Shown here: in pieces, positions 1 to 24,985 of the stretch
How positions within the stretch are numbered: position 1 is the first letter of the stretch
Layout of the letters: the number at the start of each line of letters is the position of its first letter
Translations under genes and position numbers: made by a program
Notes under the pieces: generated by a model
What the model saw: only the letters and a program-made list of their open reading frames with translations
What the model was told of the DNA's origin: nothing
Database searches by the model: none
Assembly (NCBI RefSeq): GCF_009914755.1
Contig: NC_060947.1
Source: the human T2T-CHM13v2.0 reference genome, Homo sapiens
Length of the DNA stretch: 64,000 bases
Strand: one strand, 5' to 3'

Positions 1-139
1 GTGATCCTCCCGCTTTGGCCTCCCAAAGTGCCAGGATTATAGGCGTGAGCCGCAGTGCCCAGCCTAAAAGCTCTTTAGTGTACATTTTTATGTGATTATC
101 ATAGGCATAACGGGGTTGGTTGGGGTTGTTTGGGGGAAA

Positions 140-940
<801 letters not shown>

Positions 941-959
941 TCATCCTCATCTTACAGTG

Positions 960-1140
960 ATTCATTCAACAAATACTTCTTAAGCATCTGCTGTGTTCCA
1001 GGCACTGTATTAGATGCTAGGAATATAGTGGTAAAGAGAAAAGCCACCATCCCTACCTTCATGAAGCTTACAGTCTAGTAGGAGGCACAGACAAGTTGAT
1101 AAGTAATTATAATATATTGTGAAAAGTGCTGTCATAGGGA
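960..1140 (-). mobile_element. L2 3' end
   Basis: ttcattcaacaaata...tgtgttccaggcactgt...gcttacagtctag signature. Confidence 0.75.
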
Positions 1141-1378
1141 AATAATAGTGCCTTTGATCTCTAAAAGGGACAGATAACCAAAGTTGGAGGCCAAAATGAT
1201 TAAGTAACTGGCTCAAGGCTACACAGATAGTAAGTGGAGGTGCCAAAACAAAAACCCACCCCTTCAGAACTCCAAGTCCAGCATAATGTTCACTTTACCA
1301 CGTTGCCTCTGTTATAGTCCATAAATTGTGTCTGGGTGGGATACTGCTTTCCTTTTACAGCACTGTCCTTTATTTCAG

Positions 1379-1473
1379 GAATTCTATGTAACACATGAAA
1401 TACTGAAGAAAGTGGCCCCCTTAGAGGCTAAGCTTATTAAGGATCCTACTATGCAGTGTAAAATTAGATTCAG
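1379..1473 (+). CDS. CXorf58: CXorf58 internal coding exon (EFYVTHEILKKVAPLEAKLIKDPTMQCKIRF-R)
   Basis: Acceptor ctttatttcAG, donor AG|gtaatg; 95 nt, phase 0 to 2, open frame; peptide matches my recollection of human CXorf58. Confidence 0.92.
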
Positions 1474-1895
1474 GTAATGTATCTATGCTGATTTATTTCA
1501 AGAAGTACTTAGTTAATATGAGGAAATCTTAGATATGGATTTTTTAAATTCTTGTAACTTCTCAGAACTTAATTACAAAGTAAATGTGTTATTCTTATTT
1601 ACATTTGTTATGTAAAGAAACCGAGGCATGACTCTGTGGCTAAAAGTTGCCATGAGAGTAGCTCTCATCTCCCATTCTGTATTCAGTCTTACACAGGTAT
1701 GAGAATAGTTGTGAGTACACCAAAGTGTGGGTCTTACATCCTATGTGATCCATTTCATTACCAGTTCTTTACATGCTCTGACATAGCCTTTACCCTGTAT
1801 GCAAGAAACTATATGAACTATCTTAAGTATAAGGGGGAAAAGCAACTGAGCCCAAAACCTGATGCCAAATAACTAAATTTTTATCTTTATTTCAG

Positions 1896-2007
1896 ATTTA
1901 GAGGTGAAACGTTTCCACCTTTCATCGTGTTTAAAATTTTTCTTCATACTGATGGCCATGGTTACAAGTATTTTAGTGGAAAAAATGTATTAATGCCGTC
2001 AAGTAAG
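1896..2007 (+). CDS. CXorf58: CXorf58 coding exon (FRGETFPPFIVFKIFLHTDGHGYKYFSGKNVLMPSSK)
   Basis: Acceptor ctttatttcAG, donor AAG|gtgacg; 112 nt, phase 2 to 0, continues the previous exon in frame. Confidence 0.92.
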
Positions 2008-2252
2008 GTGACGTTTCATGATGTACATTTTATGTTAACTTAGCTTTTTAACATCTACATAGTATCTGAATTGCATTCAAATTATACAGAATAAGTTATT
2101 TCACCATGAAACAGCCCACCAGGTAGGTAGTGTGTTTTTTTTTAAGCACCATGTTTCAAAGTGTCTCCACTTACTAGCTAAAAAAAAAAAAAAAAAAGAC
2201 ATTTGGAGTGAATTACTTAATTAAGGCTCTAGAAAATATCCATCCATTTTTA

Positions 2253-2594
<342 letters not shown>

Positions 2595-2715
2595 TCAGGG
2601 CTCTTAAATTATGCAGAACATTTAATTTAATGCCATTTTATTTGTTTTAATGGAATGTTATTATTTCTTTGATTCTGGTAGCACATTTAGAAAAAAAATG
2701 GTCTGGACTATGCTA

Positions 2716-3058
<343 letters not shown>

Positions 3059-3115
3059 TTATCCTTTTTTCACATGAATTCTCATCATACTTATTTATTT
3101 CTTTATTTATTTTGA

Positions 3116-3451
<336 letters not shown>

Positions 3452-3454
3452 TAG

Positions 3455-5908
<2,454 letters not shown>

Positions 5909-6245
5909 TAAACCACACTTTTAATAGCAAGGCTCTACAGTACAGGTTTTACTCCTTGGACCCTTATACATGACTATATTTAAGTTTTAAAAAGATGGAC
6001 ATTCTCATATTTGGCCATTTATAAACCACATATCAAAGGTTATTTTTCTGTAACCCTGGCAAGATCCCCCTTCTGGAAATGTACACAAAAACTGTGGCCC
6101 ATCTTAAATCATGAGTTCTAGCATGTATGCAGGAGAGAAGACCACACAGCCTGGCAGTTTCTGATCAGATCCTGCATGTGCGGCATTGACTCTGAAGAGT
6201 TTTAGAAAAGGAAAAGGGACCACTTTTCTCCATGTTCTCAGGTAG

Positions 6246-6686
<441 letters not shown>

Positions 6687-7728
6687 CTACTTGAAGGATA
6701 AATTTATGCCACATTTATGTATAGAATAAGCTTGTAGTTACCCCTATAAAATATCATCAATTGTTTCTTTCCTAGGATTATATAATGAGGCTTTTTCAAG
6801 AACTGAAATCCTCCTGGGTCTACTCCTGCCACCCCCTTGCTGTACACAGGCTTGAGCAAATGAGAACCTTAGAGGCAGTGATTGGAAATCACTGCTTATG
6901 CATTAAAACCCATCATAATGCTGTATAATAACTTAAATTTTTGTTTAAATTAGCCCACAGATAGAAAAATATGCCTCCGTGCCTTTATCTTCTGTGCTAC
7001 AACTTTCACTCTCCTGGGGTAGTCATTGTTAATGGTTTGCTGTGTATCCTTCATGTTTCCCATGAAAATACACACATAGAGATTTTTAAATTTTGTTCTT
7101 ATTATAAAAGTGTGGTCATATTATTGACCTTGAATTTTTCACTAAACATCATAACGGGTTTTAAATGATCAGAACATACCCAACTTGAACAGTTTAAGGT
7201 TCCTTTTTCCCTTTAGTTCAGCTTCAAACTCTGGTAACACCTGGATTCATGGTTGATAGAAAACTTGTAAATATGGAATATTTCTCACTCTAAGCTTACT
7301 CAACTCTGTTGCTCTTTGTCTCTTTGTGTTTTTTGTTTGTTTTTGTTTTTTGTGTTTTTGTTTTTTGTTGTTGTTGTTGTTGTTTTTTAGACAAGGTCTT
7401 AATCTGTTGCCAAAGCTGGAGTGCAGTGGCACCATCTCGCAATCTTGGCTCACTGCAACCTCCCCCTCCCAGGCTCAAGCAATTCTCATGTCTTAGCCAG
7501 CTGAGTAGCTGGGATTACAGACATGTGCCACCATGCCTGGCTAATTTTTGCATTTTTTTTTAGTAGAAAGGAGGTTTTGCTATGTTGGCCAGGCTGATCT
7601 CGAACTCCTGGCCTCAAGCGATCTGCCCACTTCCGCCTCCCAAAGTGCTGAGCCTACTGAGCACTTTCTATCAAATATGATCTTAAACATTTTATGCACA
7701 TTACTCTATTTAATTATCATAAACACTA

Positions 7729-8105
<377 letters not shown>

Positions 8106-9582
8106 TCACACCTGGAAAATGAAGGAACCGAGATCAAGACCTAGTAGCCTGCCTCCAAAGTCCCAGTTCTTAACCACTCCTGAGAGTTAGGAACTATGCT
8201 AAACAGCAGCATACACATTCTCTTAGATGGCCCTGCAATAACTCTGGTTAGGGACACATTATTCCCATTTTCCCTATTAGGAAGCTAGAAGTTGGAAAGA
8301 CTTGCCAGGAGCATAACTGAGACTTGAACACTTCTCTGTGTTTCCACTGTACTATGTACATTTTGAGGTTAAAACAACCATGCAGTTATGGTGGTTTTGT
8401 TTATTCTGAACCTGTATGTAATTGGACTGTTCCAAACCAAGAAACTGTTCCAATGCATGGATACCAGTTATTACCTCTTCCATGAGTGACAGTTCCCAGT
8501 AGAAACAGGAAAGTGTCTTGAGATACTAGAGTAGCTTTACAAGCCCAAGTGTGGATCTAGGCCAGCAAATAGCCACAGAGCTGTGGGGGCTTCTGGCCAC
8601 AGAGATGCTGAGTATCAGGATAAGTGCCAGATTTAGAGATGGCCCGCTTTGACGCTTTGAGTCACCCACTAAGAACAGAACCTGCCTCTTGAATCCTACC
8701 CTGATTGGCTGGTATCCTGGAATCTTTGCCTAGTTTTTGCCCTTGCTTTTCTCCTGGCTCTAGGCTCTTCTTTCCCATTGCTTCCTATGGAGAAGGACTT
8801 TCTTGACTTTGGCCATACACTGCAGATGTCTGAGAAAGAACATCTTGGCCATTGGACAGCAAACATTTCTCAAACCCCTCTCACAGGTGGGCAGAGAGCT
8901 TGCCCTATGCTGCCAGGCATGTTTTTCTTTGGCTGAGGGACCAGAATGGGCCAGACACAGATGAGGCACACAACTGAGGCACTGCACACATAAGGAAACT
9001 GGGTCTTGGAGAGATTGGTGGTGGTGGCTGAGTGGGGCAGTGTAGGGAGGACCTGTCAATAAATACCTTTTTGGGGAGGCTAAGGTGGGCGGATCACTTG
9101 AGGTCATTTCAGGACCAGTGTGGCCAAAATGGCGAAATTGTCTCTACTAAAAATACAAAAAAAAAAAATTAGCCAGGCATGGTGGCACGCACCTGTAGTC
9201 CCAGCTACTCAGGAGGCTGAGGCAGGAGAATTGCTTGAACCCGGGAGGCAGAGGTTACAGTGAGTCAAGATGGCACCACTGCACTCCAGCCTGGGCGATA
9301 GAGGGAGACTCTGTCTCAGAAAAAAAAAAAAAAACCCTAAATAAATACCTTTTGTACTGTGGCTCACGCCTGTAATCCCAGCACTTTGGGAGGCCAAGGC
9401 AGGCAGATCACCTGAGGTCAGGAGTTTGAGACCAGCCTGGCCAACATGGTGAAACCCCATCTCTACTGAAAATACAGAAATTAGCTGGGCGTAACCCCAA
9501 CACTTTGGGAGGCCGAGGCAGGTGGAACAGAAGATCAGGAGTTCGAGACCAGCCTGGCCAACATAGTGAAACCCCGTCTCTA

Positions 9583-9801
<219 letters not shown>

Positions 9802-9937
9802 TTATAGTTATGCCTACAGAAATTCCTAAAGCAGAAATTATATGGTCTTCATACCTGTTCAGTGTACAATTACTTGTTTTTACCTTTAGTGTCACTGTGG
9901 GGCTGGTTAATTAGAACCATAAAATGTTGGAAATTAA

Positions 9938-10180
<243 letters not shown>

Positions 10181-10337
10181 TAGTAGAGACGGGGTTTCAC
10201 CATGTTGGCCAGGCTGGAATCGAACCCCTGACCTCAGGTGATCCACCTGCTTTGGCCTCCCAGAGTGCTGGGATTACAGGTGTGAGCTACTACACCCGGC
10301 CTATCTTTTCTTTAGTTGTGTAATGTATAAAGAAATT

Positions 10338-10503
10338 TGTTGTGGGGATGAGGGAGGGGGGAGGGATAGCATTAGGAGATATACCTAATGTTAAATGACG
10401 AGTTGATGGGTGCAGCACACCAACATGGCACATGTATACATATGTAACTAACCTGCACATTATGCACATGTACCCTAAAACTTAAAGTGTAATAATAAAA
10501 AAA
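10338..10503 (+). mobile_element. Young L1PA (PA2-PA4-like) 3' end, 5'-truncated
   Basis: gggagggatagcattaggagatatacctaatg...taccctaaaacttaaagt.taataataaaa. Confidence 0.92.
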
Positions 10504-10984
10504 GGGAAATATTTATGGTTATGGAAATGCTTGCCCTGATAAAAATCCTACATATTGTTTTTTTAAATTCACATTTTATGCTTATACAATCTCTAGAGCT
10601 CTTACTATGTTGCTATAAGACAGTAATATAGTGATAATTTACCAACTTTATTGAAAATGTTGTTACATCAATAAAATAGCATGCTGGAAAAAAAAGAAGA
10701 AATTAATGAAATATAAAGCAAAAATGATCTACCTAAAGGAAAGCTCCATATCACATTTTCACTAAACTGTTTGTCTCTTCAGTTCTATACGTTAGGAATA
10801 AAACTTCAACCATTCAACCATTTGAATGTTTTCTTCCTTTTTCATTTTCTACATGTGTCTGTGATATTCTAAGCTTTGGAATTTAAAAAAATAAATAAAG
10901 GAATAGTCTGAATAACAAAAGTGAGAATTGGAATAGAAAATGCATTATAGCTTGCTGTTGTGTGTTAAGAAAAAAGAACAGTGA

Positions 10985-11339
<355 letters not shown>

Positions 11340-11444
11340 TAGGCCTTGTATCAACATTATAACAGAGTTCCCATACTTTCACAAATACCGCATTCTGACA
11401 TACAAAGGAAGAAAGAAACTTAACTGGAATCAAAAGATGTTTGA

Positions 11445-11840
<396 letters not shown>

Positions 11841-12535
11841 TAAATATGTGTTAGAAGAGTCAGCACATACTTATGGCGGGGGTGCAGAGTACTTAAGTCT
11901 CTACTCACAGTCTATGTATAGCTCTTAGCACAGGATACTTATATGTGGAAGGGTATGGTATAAGTAGGGCCCAACAGGATTTGAGCTTCCATATATTCTG
12001 TGATTCTTCTGTCTCTGACCTCTCAGGTGCTTTCCTTGAGCATAAAATGTTGACATTTGGGAGAGAAAAGAAAACCCCTCTATTTGCCACTTTTTAGCTG
12101 CTGAGAATGAAGTCTGAAGGGAGGGAGGCTTAAACAGTCTGAAACATACATGTTTCCACTTACCAGCAGTGTATTAACACATAAAAGAGAGGTGGTACTA
12201 GTGACACCTTTCATTGCAGTTCCTACGGTAACTCGTTGAATCACCAGATAAGTTTTCTCTGCATTGACCTCACGAATGATATTACAGGTTTGTTTTGCTT
12301 TTCAAAATAAAAGAATTAAAAGTCTTTTAAGGGGAAAAACCAGTTGTTTTAAAACTATGTTCTCTGAGGATTCTGGACTCAGCAATTCCTCTAGCTGCAT
12401 TTAAAAACTATGTAGATGGCCTGGCGCGGTGGCTCACGCCTATAATCCCGCACTTTGGGAGGCCGAGGTGAGCGGATCACGAGGCCAGGAGATCGAGACC
12501 ATCCTGGCTAACACGGCGAAAGCTGGTCTCTACTA

Positions 12536-12723
<188 letters not shown>

Positions 12724-12917
12724 CTATGGAAACAATTTTAAGTGGTTTAATAATCCCTATATAATCTCTTTGCAAATGCAGCCTTTCTATTGAATAGCAA
12801 GCTGCTAGAAGAAAGGAACAATATTTGATGTATTTGTCAGAAGAAATATGTAAAGGGCGTGCTGATCATTAATGCTATTCTACTATTTTTAAAGTCTATT
12901 TTCTATTCTTTTTACAG

Positions 12918-13049
12918 GCAGTGGATGATGCTTGCAAACTAATGGGGGAAAGGAAATTTCACCGTATAATTATGGAAGATGAACGTATTTTCCCGAAGTC
13001 CAAAGTAACTGATATAATGGATGTTGTCACCATGCAAGATTATGTACAA
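12918..13049 (+). CDS. CXorf58: CXorf58 coding exon (AVDDACKLMGERKFHRIIMEDERIFPKSKVTDIMDVVTMQDYVQ)
   Basis: Acceptor ttctttttacAG, donor CAA|gtaagg; 132 nt, phase 0-0; overlaps ORF 12921..13151. Confidence 0.93.
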
Positions 13050-13129
13050 GTAAGGAATTTAGATTTAGAAAAACAAACAAACCCAGCAAGTCTTCCTAAC
13101 TCTGTCATCCAAGAAGATAGAATCATACT

Positions 13130-13740
13130 TTTTTATTATGGTAAAATATAACACAATATAAAATTTATTATTTTATTATATTTTATTTTATTTTTCAAAT
13201 ATATTCTATAGAATGAAACTTATTTTCGGATGCCCAAGCACTAGAACTTTCTTTTAAAATTTTTTTTTAATTTAACTTTTATTTTAAGTTCAGGGGTACA
13301 TGTAGAGGTTTGTTATTGTATATAGGTAAACTCGTGTCAAGGGGGTTTGTTGTTCAGATTATTTTGTCACCCAAGTATTAGGCCTAGTATCCATTAGTTA
13401 TGTTTCCTGATCCTCTCCCTCCTCCCACCTTCCACCCTCTGGTAAGTCCCAGTGTGTGTTGTTCCCCTCTATGTGTCCATGTGTTCTCATCATAAAATTG
13501 ACCATTTTAAAGTGTACAATTCAGGGGCATTAAGTACATTCACAGGGTTGTGCAAGCATCACCACCATCTAGTTCCAGAACCTTTTCATTACCCCGAAAG
13601 GAAACCCTGCATCCAGTAAGCAGTCACTCTCCATTCCTGCATCATTCCAGCCCCATAAACCACCAGTCTGCATTGTCTCTATGGATTTGCCTAATCCGGA
13701 TATTTCATATAAAGGAAATCATGTGATATATGGCTTTTTA
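13130..13740 (-). mobile_element. L1MB-type 3' end with a nested older L1PA 3' end (13261-13491)
   Basis: L1MB gtgtacaattcag..gcattaagtacattcaca; L1PA ttttaagttcaggggtacatgt. Confidence 0.8.
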
Positions 13741-13819
13741 TATGTAGGGAGCTAAGGAATTTGGGGGTTCTTTTGGGGTGATGGAAATATTCTGAAATAT
13801 TCATAGGCAGTGGTGATAG

Positions 13820-16769
<2,950 letters not shown>

Positions 16770-17261
16770 TATACAGCCTTAACTATTCACTCATTTGCTT
16801 CAGTGTGAAACATGAAATTAATGCAGTGCCTTAGAGACTCCCAATTATGTTTTCTTTCTTTTAGAGTCTTAGACTGTGAGTTTAGGGAAGTGAACCAGGA
16901 AATGCCAACTATCTTTGCTAAGGACAAAGACCACATACTTTCAGATTGTGAACATGTCAAGGATTAATGTCATAGAGAGGAGTCCCCAGATAGACATACT
17001 GGAAGAGAGAGATAAGATCATTGTTGACGTTTGAGTCCTTATACGGGTGTGGCACTGTCTTTAGCACTTTACATGTGTGTTATCTTCTTTCATCTTCAAG
17101 TTTGTAAATTCTGTGACCTTTTTTACAAATGAGAAAAATGAAGTTTAACAAGCCTCAAAAAAACTTGCCTGAGGTCACAGACAGATCTGATAAGTGGCAG
17201 AGCAGATGATTGACAGATCTATGATATTTACCCATTTTACTACTTCACTCAGGAAAAAAAA

Positions 17262-18982
<1,721 letters not shown>

Positions 18983-19281
18983 CTAAAGGCCTTCTTGTTA
19001 TTCTGTTTCCTAGCACTGTAGCTCCTCCTGCCCTATCCCTGGCTCTTAAATGCACGACTATAATGTTAAAGTGATGATATATATTTGTATTTTTAATTCC
19101 TAATTTGATATCATTTTAAATTGGAAAAAAAGAAAAGTGGGATTTCTACAAATACTCCAAAGGAAAATAGTGAAAATCTCCACTTCATACTAGAGATGAA
19201 CTCATATTTCTAAAAAGGTTTGTGCAAAAGTCCTCTCAACAGCCTGGGCAACATAGTGAGACCCTATCTCTACAAAGATTA

Positions 19282-19665
<384 letters not shown>

Positions 19666-20071
19666 TCATGTCACTGCCCTCCAGCCTGGGTGACAGGATG
19701 AGACCCTGTCTCAAAAAAAAAAAAGTCCTCTCAACCCAAGCATGTCATGAACAAGCTCTACTAGGTATGCAGAACACATAGCTATTATCATTAATTTTTA
19801 GGCCCATCTGAGTTTAACTTATCTGAGTTATATTTGCCATAAAAATGTTGATGCATTAAATAAATATTTAGTGAGTATGATACTGTGTGCATGATAATGT
19901 GTAGCATAGCTCCTGCCTTCCAATAAGGGAGCTAAGTCATACACAGATAACTAAAACATTGAGTAGTCAGAGAGAGATCCCAATAAAATTCAGAGATGGG
20001 ATCAAAGAATGCCTTTTGGATGAAGTGACATTTGAGTGGAACCATGAGAAATGTGTCTAAAAACATTTTAG

Positions 20072-20774
<703 letters not shown>

Positions 20775-20877
20775 TGACCTCAGGTGATCCACCCGCATCA
20801 GCCTCCCAAAGTTCTGGGATTATAGGTATGAGCCACCGCACCTGGCCAACTTAATCGTTCTTGTTTTTTCCCTACAG

Positions 20878-21107
20878 TATCGCAGTTTTTTCGATGAGGC
20901 CCCTGCATTTTCTGGCGGCAGAAATAACAGCTGGCGCAAATTAAATCTTGAAAATATTCCCAGGACAATGCTAATGTATGACATAGTTCATTATTCAGAG
21001 TCTGGAGTGATCTCAAACCGTCTACGAAATGAAATGAAGTTTCTGTTACAGAGACCAGTAACGCAAGAGATCCATAAGCACCAGCTACGGATTGTTTCTG
21101 AAATTAG
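20878..21107 (+). CDS. CXorf58: CXorf58 coding exon (YRSFFDEAPAFSGGRNNSWRKL...HQLRIVSEI-R)
   Basis: Acceptor ttttttccctacAG, donor AG|gtaaaa; 230 nt, phase 0 to 2, no stops, several retained CpGs. Confidence 0.93.
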
Positions 21108-21295
21108 GTAAAACAGATTCTTCACTGGGGTTACAATACTAGGGGCATATCTGAAAATGTTCACATTCTGCCAGATAGCTCACTAAAGATAAGAGGATAT
21201 ATGGGGAAAATAGGGTTGGGGCAGATTGCTCAAAACGTATGCAATTTTGTAAACAGAGCACTAACAAAAAGGACAATTGGTACTTGGGGAGTTAA

Positions 21296-21643
<348 letters not shown>

Positions 21644-22759
21644 TGAGTTTCACCATATTGGCCAGGCTGGTCTCAAACTCCTGACCTTGTGATCCGGCCA
21701 CCTCAGCCTCCCAAAGTGCTGGGATTACAAGTGTGAGCCACCATGCCCGGCCGCATGGTTGCCTTTTAAGTGGACATGAGAGGCAGTGCGATCTGCCGAG
21801 AACCAGGAGCCATCCAAGGCTGGAGTGGGGGTAGGGGAGGAGTAGGGTGGAGGGCAGTGAGGGTGAGTTGGGGGTGGGGTGTGCCTCTCTGGGAAGACAG
21901 CACTTGATGCAGGTGCTCATTTTTGTTTTCATGAATACAGTCAAAAGGGCTCCCCTTGCCCATGCAGCACAGAACTGAGGGCTTTTTCCTTTTTTGCTGA
22001 AGGTTATAATTCTATTCTTGCTACTCTGGCTCCCCTTGCCTGAGATAAATTGCATATAAATTAGAGTGACGTCATTCCCCTTTTTACCAATAGTATGTGA
22101 GCCAGTTCACATTGTAGAAATGGATGTTGTAGCAAAATAGATGTATTATGATCTGAAACAACATGGACAGAATATAACAACTCCAATTATATTCCTTTTC
22201 TCTTTCCATTACTAAGCCTCACTTAGCCCATCTTATTTACAAATTAAGCTGCTTTCTTAAAAGAAGAAAGAGATAATAATATGTAAGAGGACCTACTGGT
22301 AATCTATTTTCACACTCTTATAATTGAAATGAAAAATACTCCCTTTGTACATGAAGAAGACACTGATGACCCACTGTCAAGCAAACATGCTGGGGATTTT
22401 TTTTCAGGAGTAGAGATGAGTGATTCTGACCCAATAACATAATTTAACCCATATATTTTATGATCAAGGCTATACATTTGCCAGACAGATGGCCTGGTTT
22501 AGGGCACAGTCTGTCATGAAATAGATTTTCTCTAACTCATCCATATGAGCACTGAATATAGAATTTAACCCTATTACCACCAAGGTCAAATAAATGATGT
22601 AATTTTCTCTGCCACCATATATAATCCTGATCTCCCTGCTATTTGGATTTATCCTACTGAGTATCCAAGAATAAGTAATTTAAGAGCCAAATAATTAGCC
22701 AAATTATTAATCAATTGAAGAGAAAAAATACTTTCATAAAGCCATCTTTGAATGCAGTT

Positions 22760-23075
22760 GTAGTTTAGCATCTCCCAGAAGCAAACCCTGAGACAGAGAT
22801 TTAGGAGGTGATCCCAGGAACAACTGAAGGGAGAGGGTAAAAAAGTGGAAGGCAGCCAAAACAGTGTGTGTTAGCAAGCAAGTTACCACTGTGGGTAACT
22901 GGAGCTTAATCTCCCCCGGGAATGTCAGAGTCAATGTAGAACATGCAACTCAGAATTATCCCACAGGGGGCAGGGGAATTACAGTATTGATACATCAACA
23001 CCCATCAGTCATTGGTTAAGGGTTGCTTAGGAAGGGACATATTAATTCTCGGGCACTTTTGACCTCCCCTGCACA
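22760..23075 (-). mobile_element. ERVL solo LTR (LTR16-like)
   Basis: cccagaagcaaaccctgagacagagattt...aggaggtgatcccagg...gttaccactgtgggtaactggagc. Confidence 0.65.
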
Positions 23076-23564
23076 TGGGCTTGCTTTTCTTTTCTTTTTT
23101 TTCTTTTCTTTTTTTTTTTTTTTGAGACCGAGTTTCACTCTTGTCACCCAGGCTGGAGTACAATGGCACAATCTCGGCTCCCCACAACCTCCACCTTCCT
23201 GGTTCAAGCGATTCTCCTGCCTCAGCCTTCCTGAGTAGCTGGGATTACAGGCATGTGCCACCACGCCTGGCTAATTTTGTATTTTTAATAGAGACAGGGT
23301 TTCTCCATGCTGGTCAGGCTGGTCTCGAACTCCAGACCTCAGGTGATCCACCCGCCTTGGCCTCCCAAAGTGCTGGGATTACAGGTGTAAGCCACCGTGC
23401 TGGCAGGCTTTTCTTTTCAAAGAAAATTTTCAAACTGAGTGATGCAGATGCTGGCATTGAAAGTTGAGTCTATGTTCCTTATAATGGTAAGGACAAGGGG
23501 ATTATGGACATAGCATCTGATCCCAGCACTGATTAAAAACAGCTTGTTTTTCCAACCATTATGA

Positions 23565-23796
<232 letters not shown>

Positions 23797-24228
23797 TGAC
23801 CTCAGGTGATCCGCTTGCCTCGGCCTCCCAAAGTGCTGAGATTACGGGCATGAGCCACTGCGCCTGGACGAAATGTAATACTTTTTTGTGTTAGTATATG
23901 GTGTAAAAAAATAAGATTCAAATGGCTACTACACAGTATTTTCTAGGAAAGCTAATTTTAAATTGATAACAGGTTTTATAATTTTTATCATCTTTGCTGT
24001 CAATATCATCACCTGTACACCTTCATAAGTGCCAGATAAAGAACTGTGCTATGTAAACTCAAGCAGAAATGATAACTTTAACCTAAAAGCTTACATGAAA
24101 TGCTGCTCCAATGTTGCTAAGGTCTGTGATATATTTGCTAGAGAAAGCTTTAATGAAATTTGGAACTTGCTTTGCATTTATATTTTATTCTGTGTGATTT
24201 TTCTGTTTTTAATACAAACATTTTCTAG

Positions 24229-24382
24229 GGGTCCATACTTAACTGTCCAACCTCTATATCGGCCCTACAAACAGCAAAATCAAGTTAAATTTCTGGGTCG
24301 TCGATCCAAGCAAGCTCAAATGAAAGTTGAAAAAATGAGAAAAGTTTATTTGGCTAAAGAAAAAAATACTTCTGAGGTGACT
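24229..24382 (+). CDS. CXorf58: CXorf58 coding exon (GPYLTVQPLYRPYKQQNQVKFLGRRSKQAQMKVEKMRKVYLAKEKNTSEVT)
   Basis: Acceptor ttttctAG, donor ACT|gtaagt; 154 nt, phase 2 to 0; lies within ORF 24029..24457. Confidence 0.92.
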
Positions 24383-24925
24383 GTAAGTTTAACTTGTACT
24401 GAATTCATTGTTTTGGACAATATTCAAACTGTCTGTAAAGTAGCTGTACTTACGTAAATGAAATTTTCCTAATCTAAAGTTCAAGGCTGAAACACATTTG
24501 ACACATTTATCATAGGTAGTATAAAGTGAATTTCATCTTGGTAACATTTTTTAAAAAATTCTTAATATTGGTGGCAATTCTGATAAAAACCAGCTGTTTT
24601 GGCTCCATATCAGCATGAGTTGGCAAAAAAATTATTTTCTCTGTATGTTGACACTGTTGATTCAGCACATCTCTGATGGTGGTTTTTTCAAAATGGAAGT
24701 CATTTCTATCTAAACTTATTAAGAACTATGCTTTATAAAGTCTGCCTCAGTATACTTTTACATCATAGGAATTTACAACAGACATGTATTCATGTTATTA
24801 CTTTGTAATTTAAAAAATCGCTGTGAATATTTTGAGATGAGGATAAATATAGTCAAACATTAAAATATAAAGTAGTAAAAACCAAATATATAACACTTCC
24901 TACTTTTATTGATAATTCTGCCTAG

Positions 24926-24985
24926 GAACCAAAAACGGGCCCATCAGGTACAAAGGATAACTATCATCTCCACTCCATCTTTTGA
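24926..24985 (+). CDS. CXorf58: CXorf58 terminal coding segment (EPKTGPSGTKDNYHLHSIF*)
   Basis: Acceptor ttctgcctAG, phase 0, TGA at 24983-24985. Confidence 0.88.
   Translation, partial: EPKTGPSGTKDNYHLHSIF

Noticed and set aside
6875-6895. Perfect 9-bp hairpin GCAGTGATT-GGA-AATCACTGC
   Set aside because: Too short for a miRNA precursor; expected by chance in 64 kb.
24029-24457. 142-aa ORF as a standalone gene
   Set aside because: Only 24229-24382 is exonic; the rest is open intron flank.
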